Below, one piece after another: positions 20,268 to 31,513 of a stretch of 64,000 nt of DNA. This stretch comes from a virus. Its lineage: Duplodnaviria; Caudoviricetes. The position numbers and the translations under genes were made by a program. Each line of letters begins with the position of its first letter. The first letter of the stretch is position 1. Location of the stretch: positions 267,850-331,849 of IMG/VR virus record IMGVR_UViG_3300037851_000141, one strand, 5' to 3'. The notes below the pieces were generated by a model that saw only the letters and a list, made by a program, of their open reading frames with translations, did no database searches and was not told the origin of the DNA.

Positions 20268-23200
20268 TCAAACCAATGAGAGAGTCAAGCCTTTTTTAGA
20301 AAAACTGGAGATAATGTGGTCATAATAATACGATTTAGACTTATCTTTAGTATTTAGCCAATCTTGCGTCATTTCAACAAACCAAGTTGGAATATGTTTA
20401 ACATTATATTGTAATAGAGTTCTAATAACCTTTTCCAAATCGTACCAAGAACTTCCGATTTCACCTTCCATTCCGTGACGTATTCCAGTAAGAACCAAAT
20501 CTCTAATATTCTTTTGTTGGAATAGTATTTTAGCTTTATTAGGTTTCTTTACAATAAATAAAACCAAAGCATTCACTACTGCGTCAAAATCATTAGTTAT
20601 AAACTCAGATGATTTAGAAAATGATTTGAATTGGTTGTAAACGGATTGATAGTACTCGGTTTCATGATCAAGGTATTCTTTTTCCCGAGTATATTCTTTT
20701 TCATACCGTTCTAACCCTTTTTTAACATTTTCACCATTTAAGATGGGAGCAGTCAAACGTCTATATTTTTCCGATAACTTAAAACTTTGATATACTGTAT
20801 CATGTTCCATTTTTTGGACTTTAATGTGGTCAACTTTATCAGTATATTCATATATTTGTCTACTTGATGGAGGAAGCATACTCATAAAAGCAAAATTCAT
20901 CATGATTATCTCCTTGATTGGTTCAGTATATCAACAAAATTAGGAAGTCAACCGAAAAATCCAACGACACCATATAATCTCATAGAAATTTTATTTGGAT
21001 TATTCTGGTCCGTATAAATACTTTCTGGAATGTTTGAAGCATGAATCGATGGCTTAAATTCTAAAGAATCAATAGAGTTGTTTATGAAATTTGCCAAGTT
21101 TTTTGGTGCGTCTTTGAGTGTCCAGTTATCAGATTCCGGTAAATCAATAAAAATAGTCAAACAAGGTGAATCCATATAATTGCCTGGAGATTTGGTCAAC
21201 TCCATTACAGGCGATAAACATTTCAATCTTTTTATTTTTCTAACAACAACAGTTTTGATAAATTCTCCAATATCATGAGAATATTCGTCTTCTATAATAT
21301 CGGGAGGAAGATTATGATATACGGTGAATTTCATGTCGGTATTCTATCAACAAAATTAGGAAGTCAAGCACTAAAAAGGGGGTTCGTCGCCCCAAAACGT
21401 TTCTACTGGTTTCGGATTAACTGGAATAAGATTTTTACCAACTATCTTACCAGTTTCATCAAATAAGTTCATAGTTTCATTATAATCGCCAGTATATTCA
21501 ACATCACCAAAATATGTTGCTGAATGAGTTTGCTTTGTTGCGTAAACATATATTTCGTTCTTTTCTTTATCCCGCTTTATAGTATATTCACCGTTTATCA
21601 CCCAACCGTCACAATCATACGTTGGTTCTACTAATATTTGTGCTTTATTATTATGTCCCCAAACTTCTACTAACATAATGTGACTCCAGGTAAGTCTTTT
21701 ATTTCTTCCAGATTTACAAACACAACGTTAGCCATAGTGGATATAAAAGTTTTCATACTTATATCAGCACAGTTAGCGGAAATCTTCAACTGTTCATTTT
21801 CTTTTATTCCAAGATCATTGCGTAATTGTCTAATCTTGGTTACAAATTGTTGACAATAATTCATTTTTTCAATAGAGTTCATCAATCAATCCTTTTTACT
21901 TTGCCATCGGGTTTAGATTGATATACTTTTTGAGCCTGTACCATTACAACTGGACTATCGATATCAAGTTCCATAATACCAACAAGATTATTCCAAGCCT
22001 CATCAAATCTGTCTGGATAATCTTTCTTCCAATGCTTCATCCTGGTTACTAATTCTTTGATTGTAGCGAGTCGAGTTGTACTATGATTGATAACATCGTT
22101 TGCTTGCTTGAGAACATCAGAGATTTTTACTTCTGCGTAGACTGGCATTGGTTATTCCCTCACTTAATACTTTTATCATAGGCTTTTTGTAGTTTATTCC
22201 AATCACGACTTGTTTTAGAACCATTTACAAATTCCCGAATACTAAATTGTTCATTCTTAAAGTCAACCATAATCAATTCTCCATCTTCCTCAACTAAACA
22301 TTCAACGAAATCATACTTGGATAGAAAATTCAGTATATTCTTTTCCAAGGTGGTTTTAGGTTTTGATTTAAGAGATAACTTGAATAGAGATTTCATTTGT
22401 TATTCCTTATAATAGAAGACTTTAGACTTATCATTATATTCAAGACCTTATAACCATAATCCTTAATAGATAATGAGTCAGCTAATTCTAATAGGCCGTC
22501 ACGATGTTCTTCATTATGTTCAAGAGTACAACAGTAAATAGAATGATTCAGCTTACAACTAAATTCTCCACCTTTAATACCATAGGATACTGAGCGCATA
22601 AGAGTATGAACGATTTTGGTGAACAGGTCTTTTGTTTCTTCAGTGATCATTTCTTATTCCTTTTTGGTTTTAGATTCATCCGTTTAAGTATGGCATTTGT
22701 TGTATAATTCCAAACATGTTTATCTGCTGTTGGGCAGACTGACTAGTTGCCAGAAATGGCTAGTAACATTTTCACATGAGGCGCAATAAAACACCGTTGC
22801 TTCGTCATATCTTTCTCGTGTTAAATGACCACAATTCTTGCATGCCAGTTTGTAACGCTGCCCAACAAGGGCATGCACCGGAGAGCCGGGGCAGTGGTTT
22901 TCGCATTGTATCATCAAACCATGTTCTTTATATTCAAGCAAACGAATACGACGACTACCACACATAGGACCGGGTTTGAATGGATTCTTAGTCATGACTT
23001 ATTTTCTGCTTTACGCCAATCAATCCCATGTTTTTCAAGAACTGACATAAAGTATTTGTTGGACTTAAGTACAGATTCTATCTTTTCTTGTTGTCTGTTT
23101 ATAATTTCTTGAAGATCATGCCGTTCTGCTAGTTTTTCTATTTTACTGTTGACTAATTCTTGAACAGCATCATTAGTCAAAGCGCATTCTATTTGAGTGC

Positions 23201-24113
23201 ATATTCTTTTTGCCATTGAATGTATATGCTTTTTTGGTTCAATCGCTGCTTCTGGATGAAAACGAAATGTTTGTTTGATTCCACCAACAACAGCAGGCAT
23301 CAGCTTTTTGTACGTAGTGTCGAGCATGCTACTTCCTTTGGGTTGATGCGCGTATTATATACAGGAGTTTAGGAAGTCAAGTCTTTTTCTTAGATTGACG
23401 GGGCTTATAAAATTGGTTATTATAGAATTGCGTATATCCTATCGTTTTATGCCGACTACCAAGAGGACACGCTAAATCTTTAGAACGATGTACACCTTTA
23501 CGTTTTCCACAATTCGCGCATTTTCGATCCAGAAACATATTAGGATCTTCGGTATTGATGTTTTCTGATGTGGGGTCTTGTTCGTCTTTCGGTGTAACCC
23601 AATTGTTTTTATTTTTAATAGCGGCAGTAAACAGTTTAACTGCGTTTTTAAGTTCTTCTTTAGTTACTTCGTGAACTGTCCATTGCCAACCGTTATTTGA
23701 TACTTTTATAGTAACCGTTTCTCCATTTTTAGTTGGTTCAATTGTTATGTTCTTAAAGTGTGCCATTATATTTCCTTTCAGAGTACGCCAGCCCGCTTAA
23801 GTACCTCTTGTCGTGAAACTATCCTACCATAAATATTTGCTTCGTCAACTAACATTTCAAACTCTTCTTCGTTCATCCAGTTACGCATAATCATCGGCAA
23901 ATATTCTTCAAGGCACTTATGTTCAATCTCAGTCAAAGGTCGAGTTGATTCTTCAATAGGTTCAAGTACAGACGCGGATTTCATTCCTATAGATACATAC
24001 TTAGAAACCCTGTACTTTATAACATCAACTTCATCAACAATAAAACCAGACTGAATACCAGACCAATGATAAAAAGGACGCTCAACTATGGTTCCAATAG
24101 CCTTCAGAGTCAT
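20268..24113 (-). other. run of about 11 hypothetical CDSs (20268-20903, 20948-21334, 21371-21676, 21670-21885, 21882-22148, 22160-22396, 22393-22650, 22720-22995, 22992-23327, 23377-23766, 23778-24113)
   Basis: ORF track; same strand; several preceded by TTGACT-N15/16-TA(T/G)A(A/C)T cassettes. Confidence 0.6.
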
Positions 24114-24165
24114 AGTGATCCCCTTTTCTCTGGCACCATTATATCAACCAAATTATGAAGTCAAG

Positions 24166-24447
24166 TTATTCTTGTAAACTCTTTAATACAGACGGTTTAT
24201 TTACTGATCGTCTTACTAATATCCAAGATCCGTAATTATTTACTTTAACTGTATTTCGAGATATCAATTCTTTTATATTGTTTATTGCCGTTAAATGTAA
24301 ATAATGTAATGTATGCGGTGGTGACGGTTTTAGAAAACTGCGGGAGTCAATAAACATATCTTCAGTCACTAAATTTACAAATAATCCTAAGTTATATCTG
24401 ATGTTTCTATACGTCGTACCCCGTAACTGATTTATAGCAGATAACAT
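24166..24447 (-). CDS. VNK-tag family small protein
   Basis: ends SVNKPSVLKSLQE. Confidence 0.75.
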   Translation of the reverse strand: MLSAINQLRGTTYRNIRYNLGLFVNLVTEDMFIDSRSFLKPSPPHTLHYLHLTAINNIKELISRNTVKVNNYGSWILVRRSVNKPSVLKSLQE

Positions 24448-24659
24448 TATTTCAATCCTTTTAGCACAGCTTGTTTATTTACATTTTCTATTTTCCAACA
24501 AGGACCATTATTGCGGAATAAACCATTAAATGCTCTAATAACTGGAAAACCATCATTACCAACCAATGATAAAAAATCAATAATCGGTGAATAAACATAT
24601 TGAAAATCATGAACCTTAAAATATAATTCCGTTTTTTCATAAAAGTGCTTAAAACTCAT
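24447..24659 (-). CDS. VNK-tag family small protein
   Basis: ends NVNKQAVLKGLK. Confidence 0.75.
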   Translation of the reverse strand: MSFKHFYEKTELYFKVHDFQYVYSPIIDFLSLVGNDGFPVIRAFNGLFRNNGPCWKIENVNKQAVLKGLK

Positions 24660-24930
24660 TTGATGTTCCTGACAACGAGTTTAATACAGATTTCTTATTT
24701 ACTAATTGAAATTTGTTAGTTTTATGAAATATTTGTGGTGGTCGTAGTAAATTAAATAAAACCTCGTAAACCCGATATAATACTAAAATATGTCCCCTAT
24801 AAGAATCATTCAACCCAAAACTAACTCTCTCAATACGAATATCACAAAAAACACGTAAATCCTGAAAAACTTTAGGAGGTATGTTAATATTTTCAACCAC
24901 CAATCTTTTAGACTGCTTAATAATTATCAT
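24649..24930 (-). CDS. VNK-tag family small protein
   Basis: LVNKKSVLNSLS near the C-terminus. Confidence 0.75.
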   Translation of the reverse strand: MIIIKQSKRLVVENINIPPKVFQDLRVFCDIRIERVSFGLNDSYRGHILVLYRVYEVLFNLLRPPQIFHKTNKFQLVNKKSVLNSLSGTSNEF

Positions 24931-25207
24931 CTTGTAATCCTTTTAATACCGCAACTTTGTTTACTTTACTAATATCTACGCAAATAGATAATTTGGTCAA
25001 CCTTTCATCTTCAAGAGACATCATTATATTATTTTTTAGTCGAAATATTTCATTAATCTCTATATATGGTTCAGTCATATAAGAAAAGAAATAATACATT
25101 TTTAGACTTGTATTCGTAGCAGTTAACTTATATAAATCTAATACAGAAAGATAATGTAGTCCGATTTGAGCTAACTGATGTTGTGCTTGTTTTGTAAATT
25201 TAAGCAT
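24917..25207 (-). CDS. VNK-tag family small protein
   Basis: KVNKVAVLKGLQ near the C-terminus. Confidence 0.75.
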   Translation of the reverse strand: MLKFTKQAQHQLAQIGLHYLSVLDLYKLTATNTSLKMYYFFSYMTEPYIEINEIFRLKNNIMMSLEDERLTKLSICVDISKVNKVAVLKGLQDDNY

Positions 25208-25415
25208 TCAAAGACCTTATTTTGAGTTCTTTATTCAATTTATCAAGATGATCAGCAATTGTTATATAAGCAGTTCCAAGTTCTCTTATATCAACATCAG
25301 TCGCATATCCACCATCCAGGTAAACCATATGTTGATTATCCTTTGATGCTGGAAGATAATCATTAGATAGTCGAAGTTTAGCACCTATAAGATATAATGC
25401 TTCATCAATATTCAT
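25200..25415 (-). CDS. hypothetical protein
   Basis: ORF track; AAAGGA RBS. Confidence 0.55.
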   Translation of the reverse strand: MNIDEALYLIGAKLRLSNDYLPASKDNQHMVYLDGGYATDVDIRELGTAYITIADHLDKLNKELKIRSLNA

Positions 25416-25472
25416 AGTTTATCCCTTTACATCATCATAATCGAAAAATACCTAAAGTCAACTAAATTCTGC

Positions 25473-25537
25473 TAAAGTGCCTTATTTGACCTCTTATAGC
25501 CAGTTTAGAGAGTTAAAGTGCCTTATATGACCTCTTA
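25473..25537. repeat. two 24-bp direct repeats TAAAGTGCCTTATWTGACCTCTTA
   Basis: 25473-25496 and 25514-25537, one mismatch. Confidence 0.85.
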
Positions 25538-25682
25538 GGAAAACTCTTGAATTCCATTTTATCACTGTATACTGTAGCGCATGAAATGGAGATGATAAGT
25601 TTGATTCGGGTACCAGAGTCAATAAGATCATCACCATACAACGAACAACAGGCAAACCTACACTCCAAGAAAGGAGAACAAT

Positions 25683-26258
25683 ATGCCTATCTCATCCGTC
25701 CTAACCGCCGAACCCGTTGATGTCCTAAAGACTAAACGCAATCTCAATTCTCTTGAAGTTGAAATTCTTGGAAACCTCTACCTTGGTAATCCACAAAAGC
25801 CAAAGAATCGTGAAGGTGATGTTATTGTTGATGGTATGTGTGGCGAATATAAAAAGGTAGGATTGAATGGTCGAACTCTTGATACCAGCAATACCATCAA
25901 TCAAGTTCGAGCAATTAAATGTAATTTCTTGGTCATATACAGCACATATCATTGGTCATGGTTTGTTGTACCGGCTCACGTAGTTGTTCAGTTGGTAAAG
26001 GGTAAGCGCCGAGGTCAACATACCGAAATCCCTTATGAGTGTGCTACTCTTAGTCTGAAAGACGTTATAGATACGGAAGGTGTTATTGAAGTTGACAATA
26101 CCGATGCTGAAACCAAACTTCTTCCGGCAGTCCGAGCGGCTATCATCAGTAGTTCAGTGAAATCAAATAAGAAGTATATCGATTGCATGGAATTTCTATC
26201 AAAGAAAATCCAGTCTCTTAAAGAAGACTATGAGTTTATTATAGATAGTATTTTGTGA
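25683..26258 (+). CDS. putative PD-(D/E)xK endonuclease (restriction-enzyme-like)
   Basis: EGDVIVDGMCGEYK motif; directly upstream of a methyltransferase. Confidence 0.5.
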   Translation: MPISSVLTAEPVDVLKTKRNLNSLEVEILGNLYLGNPQKPKNREGDVIVDGMCGEYKKVGLNGRTLDTSNTINQVRAIKCNFLVIYSTYHWSWFVVPAHVVVQLVKGKRRGQHTEIPYECATLSLKDVIDTEGVIEVDNTDAETKLLPAVRAAIISSSVKSNKKYIDCMEFLSKKIQSLKEDYEFIIDSIL

Positions 26259-26309
26259 TGGCTTTCTGAAAATACTTTGATATAATATACATATAGATTA
26301 GGAGTTTAT

Positions 26310-27446
26310 ATGTATAAAGAAAATATCAAATCAGTAGATAGAAAAAGGAAACATGGGGAGGTTTTAACCCCATGTTTCCTCGTTAATGAAATGTTAGATA
26401 AAATACCAGAATCAGTTTGGAAAAACCCTAAACTAAAATGGATTGATAATAGTTGTGGAACAGGAAATTTTCTCATAGAAATAAAAAATCGTTTACTAAA
26501 ATACCATGCCGAACAACATATATTACAAAACATGATTTATGGTGTTGATATTCAAGAAGATAATATAAAAGAGACGAAGCAAAAACTTGGTGATACTAAT
26601 AACATTGTTTGTTTCAATAGTCTTACATTTGATTATTGGAATAACATGAAATTTGATGTTATCGTTGGAAATCCACCATATAACAATGATAAGGGAGATA
26701 AAAAAGGAAATACTTGTAATCCACTCTGGAATCTTTTTGTTGAACATGCCATAACCAAACTATTAAATGATAACGGTCTTTTGTTGTTTGTTCATCCTCC
26801 ACTTTGGCGTAAACCCGAACATAAGTTGTGGAAGCTAATGAAAAAATATCAACTTCATTTTCTAAAAATTTATAGCACAGAAGAATCATCTAAAATGTTT
26901 AATTGTTCAACAAAAGTAGATTATTATCTTTTACAGAAAAAAGACGCTTATAAAGACACTATCATTATTGACGAAAAAGGAATTAAATCTAAAATAACTG
27001 TACACGATAAACCATTTATACCAAATTTCTATATTGAAGAAGTGTATAATGTTTTCTCAGGTAAAACTGATGTTATATACGATTGTTCTTATCATCATTA
27101 TACACAGCAACATGTAAAATCTGAAAAAAATGAAGAATATAATCTACCGTGTATATATCTTGTAAACAAAAAGGGAATAAAATACTATTACTCAAATAAA
27201 AATATAGGACATTTCGGAATCCATAAAGTAATAATACCTATGGGAAGTTACATACCTATTTTAGATGAAACTGGTCAATACGGAATGTGCGAGGTTGCCT
27301 TTGCTATTCCTATAAAAGATAAAGAATATGGTGAAAGTCTTATGAAATTCCTAACATCTGATAATTTTAGAAGAATATTATCTGCCTGTAAATGGAAAAC
27401 GGTTCAATTAGATTATCGTCTGTTTAAATACTTAAATATACCTTAA
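26310..27446 (+). CDS. N6-adenine DNA methyltransferase (gamma class, Eco57I/TaqI-like)
   Basis: GEVLTP, WIDNSCGTGNF (motif I), DVIVGNPPY (motif IV). Confidence 0.9.
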   Translation: MYKENIKSVDRKRKHGEVLTPCFLVNEMLDKIPESVWKNPKLKWIDNSCGTGNFLIEIKNRLLKYHAEQHILQNMIYGVDIQEDNIKETKQKLGDTNNIVCFNSLTFDYWNNMKFDVIVGNPPYNNDKGDKKGNTCNPLWNLFVEHAITKLLNDNGLLLFVHPPLWRKPEHKLWKLMKKYQLHFLKIYSTEESSKMFNCSTKVDYYLLQKKDAYKDTIIIDEKGIKSKITVHDKPFIPNFYIEEVYNVFSGKTDVIYDCSYHHYTQQHVKSEKNEEYNLPCIYLVNKKGIKYYYSNKNIGHFGIHKVIIPMGSYIPILDETGQYGMCEVAFAIPIKDKEYGESLMKFLTSDNFRRILSACKWKTVQLDYRLFKYLNIP

Positions 27447-27505
27447 ATATTTTCTTGACTTCAAACCAATATTCTTTACAATGCTTCCATCTATAGGAGC
27501 AATAT

Positions 27506-27910
27506 ATGACTGATCTTCTACCTTGCCCTTTCTGTGGGTCTAAACGTGTTGAAGTCTTTTACGATTATGTTGAAAATAATGAAATAGGTTGTTTTAATAA
27601 TAACTGCGAATCTGCTTATGTACTTTGCCGAGAATGTGAGGCTAAAGGGCCATTAATCAAAATGTCTAATTCAAACCCACTACATAAACTAAGAATAATT
27701 GAAGCGTGGAATAACCGAAATAAACCTAAACCCAAATCCGAACCTGTATTAGATAAAAATGGTAAAATAGAAAACTTTATCATGTCATCCGGTGGCAAAC
27801 CCTTCCGTTGCTCTTGTGGTTGTAATGTCTTCCATAAACCAGATAATAAAAACTTAACCTTATATGAATGTAATTCCTGCCATACTGAATATATAGGCGA
27901 ACCAGAATGA
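27506..27910 (+). CDS. Lar-like restriction alleviation zinc protein
   Basis: LLPCPFCGS...CRECEAKGP...EAWNNR. Confidence 0.7.
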   Translation: MTDLLPCPFCGSKRVEVFYDYVENNEIGCFNNNCESAYVLCRECEAKGPLIKMSNSNPLHKLRIIEAWNNRNKPKPKSEPVLDKNGKIENFIMSSGGKPFRCSCGCNVFHKPDNKNLTLYECNSCHTEYIGEPE

Positions 27911-28143
27911 ATCCAAATATAATCCTACTAAATATCTCTGACGTTGATAAACCTAAAGATGGCGTATTCATGATACACATTGATCATTGGTGGATTGTAA
28001 AAGATAATCAAATCATGTTATATAGAGACTACGCACCACAATGTAATACTAATAAAGAAATCGCAACCAAAATTCGTGATAAGATATATCCAGATTGCGA
28101 AGTACGACAATTACCTGTTATCTACTTGGAATACCGTGATTAA
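27907..28143 (+). CDS. hypothetical protein
   Basis: ORF track; ATGA coupling. Confidence 0.55.
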   Translation: MNPNIILLNISDVDKPKDGVFMIHIDHWWIVKDNQIMLYRDYAPQCNTNKEIATKIRDKIYPDCEVRQLPVIYLEYRD

Positions 28144-28381
28144 CAAAAAATTCTCAGATGAAATCATTAACGTAAAACGCCGTATTGTTAATAAAATGAC
28201 TGTAGATGTACTTCAATGCGTCAGTACTAATGTAGCTCTATCAACCAGAATACATCATGTAAAAGCAACTGTTAAGGATTCATTTGGTTTTTACGATTTT
28301 TATGGAATTCGTACACCAGTGTATGATTACAAAAAAATCTCTAAAGTTAATAAACAATCTGTACTAAAGAGTCTAAAATGA
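28076..28381 (+). CDS. VNK-tag family small protein
   Basis: ends KVNKQSVLKSLK; true start probably downstream. Confidence 0.75.
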   Translation: MIRYIQIAKYDNYLLSTWNTVINKKFSDEIINVKRRIVNKMTVDVLQCVSTNVALSTRIHHVKATVKDSFGFYDFYGIRTPVYDYKKISKVNKQSVLKSLK

Positions 28382-28641
28382 TCAACTCTATATTCTCTGA
28401 CGACATTGTTCATATATCAAATCAAGCAAGAGAAAATGTCCTAAGTAAAATGAAGTTGGATGTATTTCATTATTTCAGTACTGACTTGTCTCTAATGACC
28501 AAAATCAATTTTATCAAATATACTATATCGGATTATTTGGGATTTTATGAGTTTTATACCGGAAGAATAAATGATGATATTTACAACAAATTCTCCAAAA
28601 TAGATAAACAATCGGTACTAAAGAGCCTAAAACATGAATAG
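28378..28641 (+). CDS. VNK-tag family small protein
   Basis: ends KIDKQSVLKSLKHE. Confidence 0.8.
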   Translation: MINSIFSDDIVHISNQARENVLSKMKLDVFHYFSTDLSLMTKINFIKYTISDYLGFYEFYTGRINDDIYNKFSKIDKQSVLKSLKHE

Positions 28642-28831
28642 CTTAAAAGAAAATGTTTCAAAATCTGTCAGTGAATCGATTAGTGACTCTGTTAGAAACC
28701 ACGTTTGGTCCTATATTTATTTTCCCGTTAGGTATTCTGTCATAATCCGAATTTCGTACGGTATTGATGATTATGTTGAATTACAATATTCTAAAGTAAA
28801 TAAAGCCTCTGTTCTAAAGAGCCTTAAATGA
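28634..28831 (+). CDS. VNK-tag family small protein (SV-repeat subtype)
   Basis: ends KVNKASVLKSLK. Confidence 0.8.
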   Translation: MNSLKENVSKSVSESISDSVRNHVWSYIYFPVRYSVIIRISYGIDDYVELQYSKVNKASVLKSLK

Positions 28832-29043
28832 AATTGAAATCCTTGAAAGATCCATTAAAGAACTCTGTTAAGCACTCTATTGAGAAATCTGTTAGCCACT
28901 ATGTTAGGTCTACTATTTGGACCGTTATTTATTTCTCTGTTATGTATTCTGGTATAGATCATGCTTGGCTATTTGTTTGTAACTCTGTTAAATCTCAAAA
29001 ACATAAAGTAAACAAATCCTCTGTTCTAAAGAGCCTTAAATGA
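28828..29043 (+). CDS. VNK-tag family small protein (SV-repeat subtype)
   Basis: ends KVNKSSVLKSLK. Confidence 0.8.
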   Translation: MKLKSLKDPLKNSVKHSIEKSVSHYVRSTIWTVIYFSVMYSGIDHAWLFVCNSVKSQKHKVNKSSVLKSLK

Positions 29044-29300
29044 GATCCAAAACCTATCATTGGCCGTCCAGAAGAAGACATTGGCGCATCATACACATAT
29101 ATAAACCTCTAAAATCAAAAGCATTCCATATAATCAAAAATAAAATTTGGGTTTACGGCCCCTATACCCAAGCTAAACATAATATCAAACCAAAGGTAGA
29201 ATCACACCTTATACGTATGAACAGAACAATCAGAACATGTATATATCAATTCCGAAAACAAGTTAATAAATCGATAGTTCTAAAAGGTCTACAAGAATGA
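29040..29300 (+). CDS. VNK-tag family small protein
   Basis: ends QVNKSIVLKGLQE. Confidence 0.8.
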   Translation: MRSKTYHWPSRRRHWRIIHIYKPLKSKAFHIIKNKIWVYGPYTQAKHNIKPKVESHLIRMNRTIRTCIYQFRKQVNKSIVLKGLQE

Positions 29301-29500
29301 AGTTAAAAATAAGAGAACACGTAAAAGAAAAAATCAGCACCATAACTGACTTGTATATCGATAACTCTCTACGCTATGTTGTGGTTGATAATGTCTGCTC
29401 TAATATATATTTTTATTGGGATAATTATGGGTTCTTACTTAAATATATTAATATGACATCCATAAATAAATCAGCAGTTCTAAAAGGTCTACAAGAATGA
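29297..29500 (+). CDS. VNK-tag family small protein
   Basis: ends SINKSAVLKGLQE. Confidence 0.8.
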   Translation: MKLKIREHVKEKISTITDLYIDNSLRYVVVDNVCSNIYFYWDNYGFLLKYINMTSINKSAVLKGLQE

Positions 29501-29742
29501 ATATAATGCCAACACACCTTTTAGATGATTTTGTTGATGTTGATATTAGATTTATCATATTTACAGAGATATATACTAAAGTCAGAAATAATATAACTCA
29601 TAGGATAAAATCAAGAATCGATGGTGAAATGTATACAATCACAGTATTCATACAAACTGAAACTGTTGAAGCATTATCAGGAAGACTTCATCACAACCTC
29701 AAACTAAACAAATCTTCCATTTTAGCGAGTTTACAAAAATGA
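29497..29742 (+). CDS. VNK-tag family small protein
   Basis: ends KLNKSSILASLQK. Confidence 0.8.
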   Translation: MNIMPTHLLDDFVDVDIRFIIFTEIYTKVRNNITHRIKSRIDGEMYTITVFIQTETVEALSGRLHHNLKLNKSSILASLQK

Positions 29743-30017
29743 ACTTTGATCTTAAAATAGACCGTAAAATCATTTTCTTCGGTATAAAACATAAACTTAA
29801 TCCTCTTGAAACTTACTATAGAACTTTATTTGATACTAAAATACAAGATAACTACCAAGACATCGCAATAGATATAATAAACAACTTGACTGAAGAAATC
29901 CAAATCCAAACCACCAGACGTAGATTCATGTCTCACGGATTTATCCAAGAGTGTTGCCAAGAAAACCAAAATAAAGTCAATAAACAATCTGTACTAAGAA
30001 GCCTAAAACATGAATAA
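29739..30017 (+). CDS. VNK-tag family small protein
   Basis: ends KVNKQSVLRSLKHE. Confidence 0.8.
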   Translation: MNFDLKIDRKIIFFGIKHKLNPLETYYRTLFDTKIQDNYQDIAIDIINNLTEEIQIQTTRRRFMSHGFIQECCQENQNKVNKQSVLRSLKHE

Positions 30018-30225
30018 CCTAAAATCAAATACGGCAAAATCTGTTAGTGAAAACGTTAGAAAATCTATTAGTGACTCAATTTATGACAATGTTAAAAAAT
30101 TTATCTATATTCCAGTATATTACTCTACGCCATTCACTATATTTTACCATAATAAAAAATCTATTAATTACAATATAAACAAACTCAATAAATCATCTGT
30201 CTTAAGAAGCCTTCAATCCATTTAA
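30010..30225 (+). CDS. VNK-tag family small protein (SV-repeat subtype)
   Basis: ends KLNKSSVLRSLQSI. Confidence 0.8.
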   Translation: MNNLKSNTAKSVSENVRKSISDSIYDNVKKFIYIPVYYSTPFTIFYHNKKSINYNINKLNKSSVLRSLQSI

Positions 30226-30480
30226 TACATCTGCCGTTACTTTATCACGTATCTTATAAAATTCTAAATAAAGATTCATAGAATAGTTCATCTCAAATCT
30301 TATTGCTTCTCTTAACATAAACTCTTTCTTATCAATTACCTTAAAATAATAATCATTTACTTCTTTACAAATACATTTTCTTACATTATCCTTAACCTTA
30401 TTTCTTACAATCATAGCAACATCACTATGATTGAACCCCTGTATAATATCCTCAGCAGACCAACGATCAACTAAAGGCAT
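30202..30480 (-). CDS. divergent VNK-tag family protein
   Basis: ends DKVTADVLNGLKAS (partial match). Confidence 0.55.
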   Translation of the reverse strand: MPLVDRWSAEDIIQGFNHSDVAMIVRNKVKDNVRKCICKEVNDYYFKVIDKKEFMLREAIRFEMNYSMNLYLEFYKIRDKVTADVLNGLKAS

Positions 30481-30557
30481 ACTCCAGTCCTTATCCTCTT
30501 ATTTTACCATCTTCCCTAAAATGTCAAGAAAAATCCACTTGCTATCAACTAATCACT

Positions 30558-30854
30558 TTGTATAATAACAGCCTAAAGGATTTTATTATGGAACACGAAA
30601 ATAAAAAAGAAAAGATAGTATTTTATCCGCGTGATATCGGTATGTGGCGTAGACGTTTTACTTTCACAGCAGATCATAATACTAAAAAAGAATTCAATAG
30701 TAAAACAGAATTCCTTGATTTCTTAAAAGAGAATGGAGTTCGATTAGACGATCCAAAATTCCCGCTTCAATTTAAGAAGACTGATAATCCAAAATATGGT
30801 TCTGTAGAGGCTATAATACAATCGACAACTATCGGCTGGATTAAAAAATATTAA
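30558..30854 (+). CDS. hypothetical protein
   Basis: ORF track; likely start MEHENK after TTGCTA-N16-TATAAT. Confidence 0.6.
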   Translation: MYNNSLKDFIMEHENKKEKIVFYPRDIGMWRRRFTFTADHNTKKEFNSKTEFLDFLKENGVRLDDPKFPLQFKKTDNPKYGSVEAIIQSTTIGWIKKY

Positions 30855-31084
30855 TACATTACAATGAAAATTCAACTCCAGTTCACACAATGGATAAACA
30901 CAAGACCACAATTCTTACCATTCATCATCCATAAAACAAATAAAATAAACCAAAAATCATGCGCCAAAGTAATACTATCAGTTTCTTATCCTAGTCAACG
31001 TCTTAATGAATCAATTAAATCAGCTTTCTCACAGCAATAACAAAATATCACAATTCTATCAACACAAAAACTATACTTGATATA

Positions 31085-31318
31085 CTAAAAACCCCTTAAA
31101 CCACTTAATACAGCTTCTTTATTAACATTCCTATAGCCATTCTTAAATGCTTCAGGTAATATAAAATAAATAGAATGTAAATATGTATTCCTTCCGTTCC
31201 GTCTTATATAACTTTCAACACCCTTCCAAACACATAACTCAACTGAATTGGCAATATCATTATCAACAATAGTCTTAGACCCGAAATATAACAATATCTT
31301 TAGAATCAAATATATCAT
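31085..31318 (-). CDS. VNK-tag family small protein
   Basis: ends NVNKEAVLSGLRGF. Confidence 0.75.
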   Translation of the reverse strand: MIYLILKILLYFGSKTIVDNDIANSVELCVWKGVESYIRRNGRNTYLHSIYFILPEAFKNGYRNVNKEAVLSGLRGF

Positions 31319-31321
31319 TAT

Positions 31322-31513
31322 TCATCCTCTTAATCCCCTTAATACCGCATCCTTGTTCACTTCCTTAATCTTATTCGGACCTTCTAATATATAACTCATA
31401 ATAGGATCACGATATGCCTTTAGACACATATCTACATCAACAATATCTAAAAAAGAATCATATACCCTAATACACATATCCTTAAAATATAACCTCTTAC
31501 TCATAATCACCAT
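31322..31513 (-). CDS. VNK-tag family small protein
   Basis: ends EVNKDAVLRGLRG. Confidence 0.75.
   Translation of the reverse strand: MVIMSKRLYFKDMCIRVYDSFLDIVDVDMCLKAYRDPIMSYILEGPNKIKEVNKDAVLRGLRG

Noticed and set aside
28340-30225. Integron-like DNA recombination sites at the gene ends
   Set aside because: Synonymous changes throughout the shared block and no palindromic attC-type structure; conservation is at the protein level
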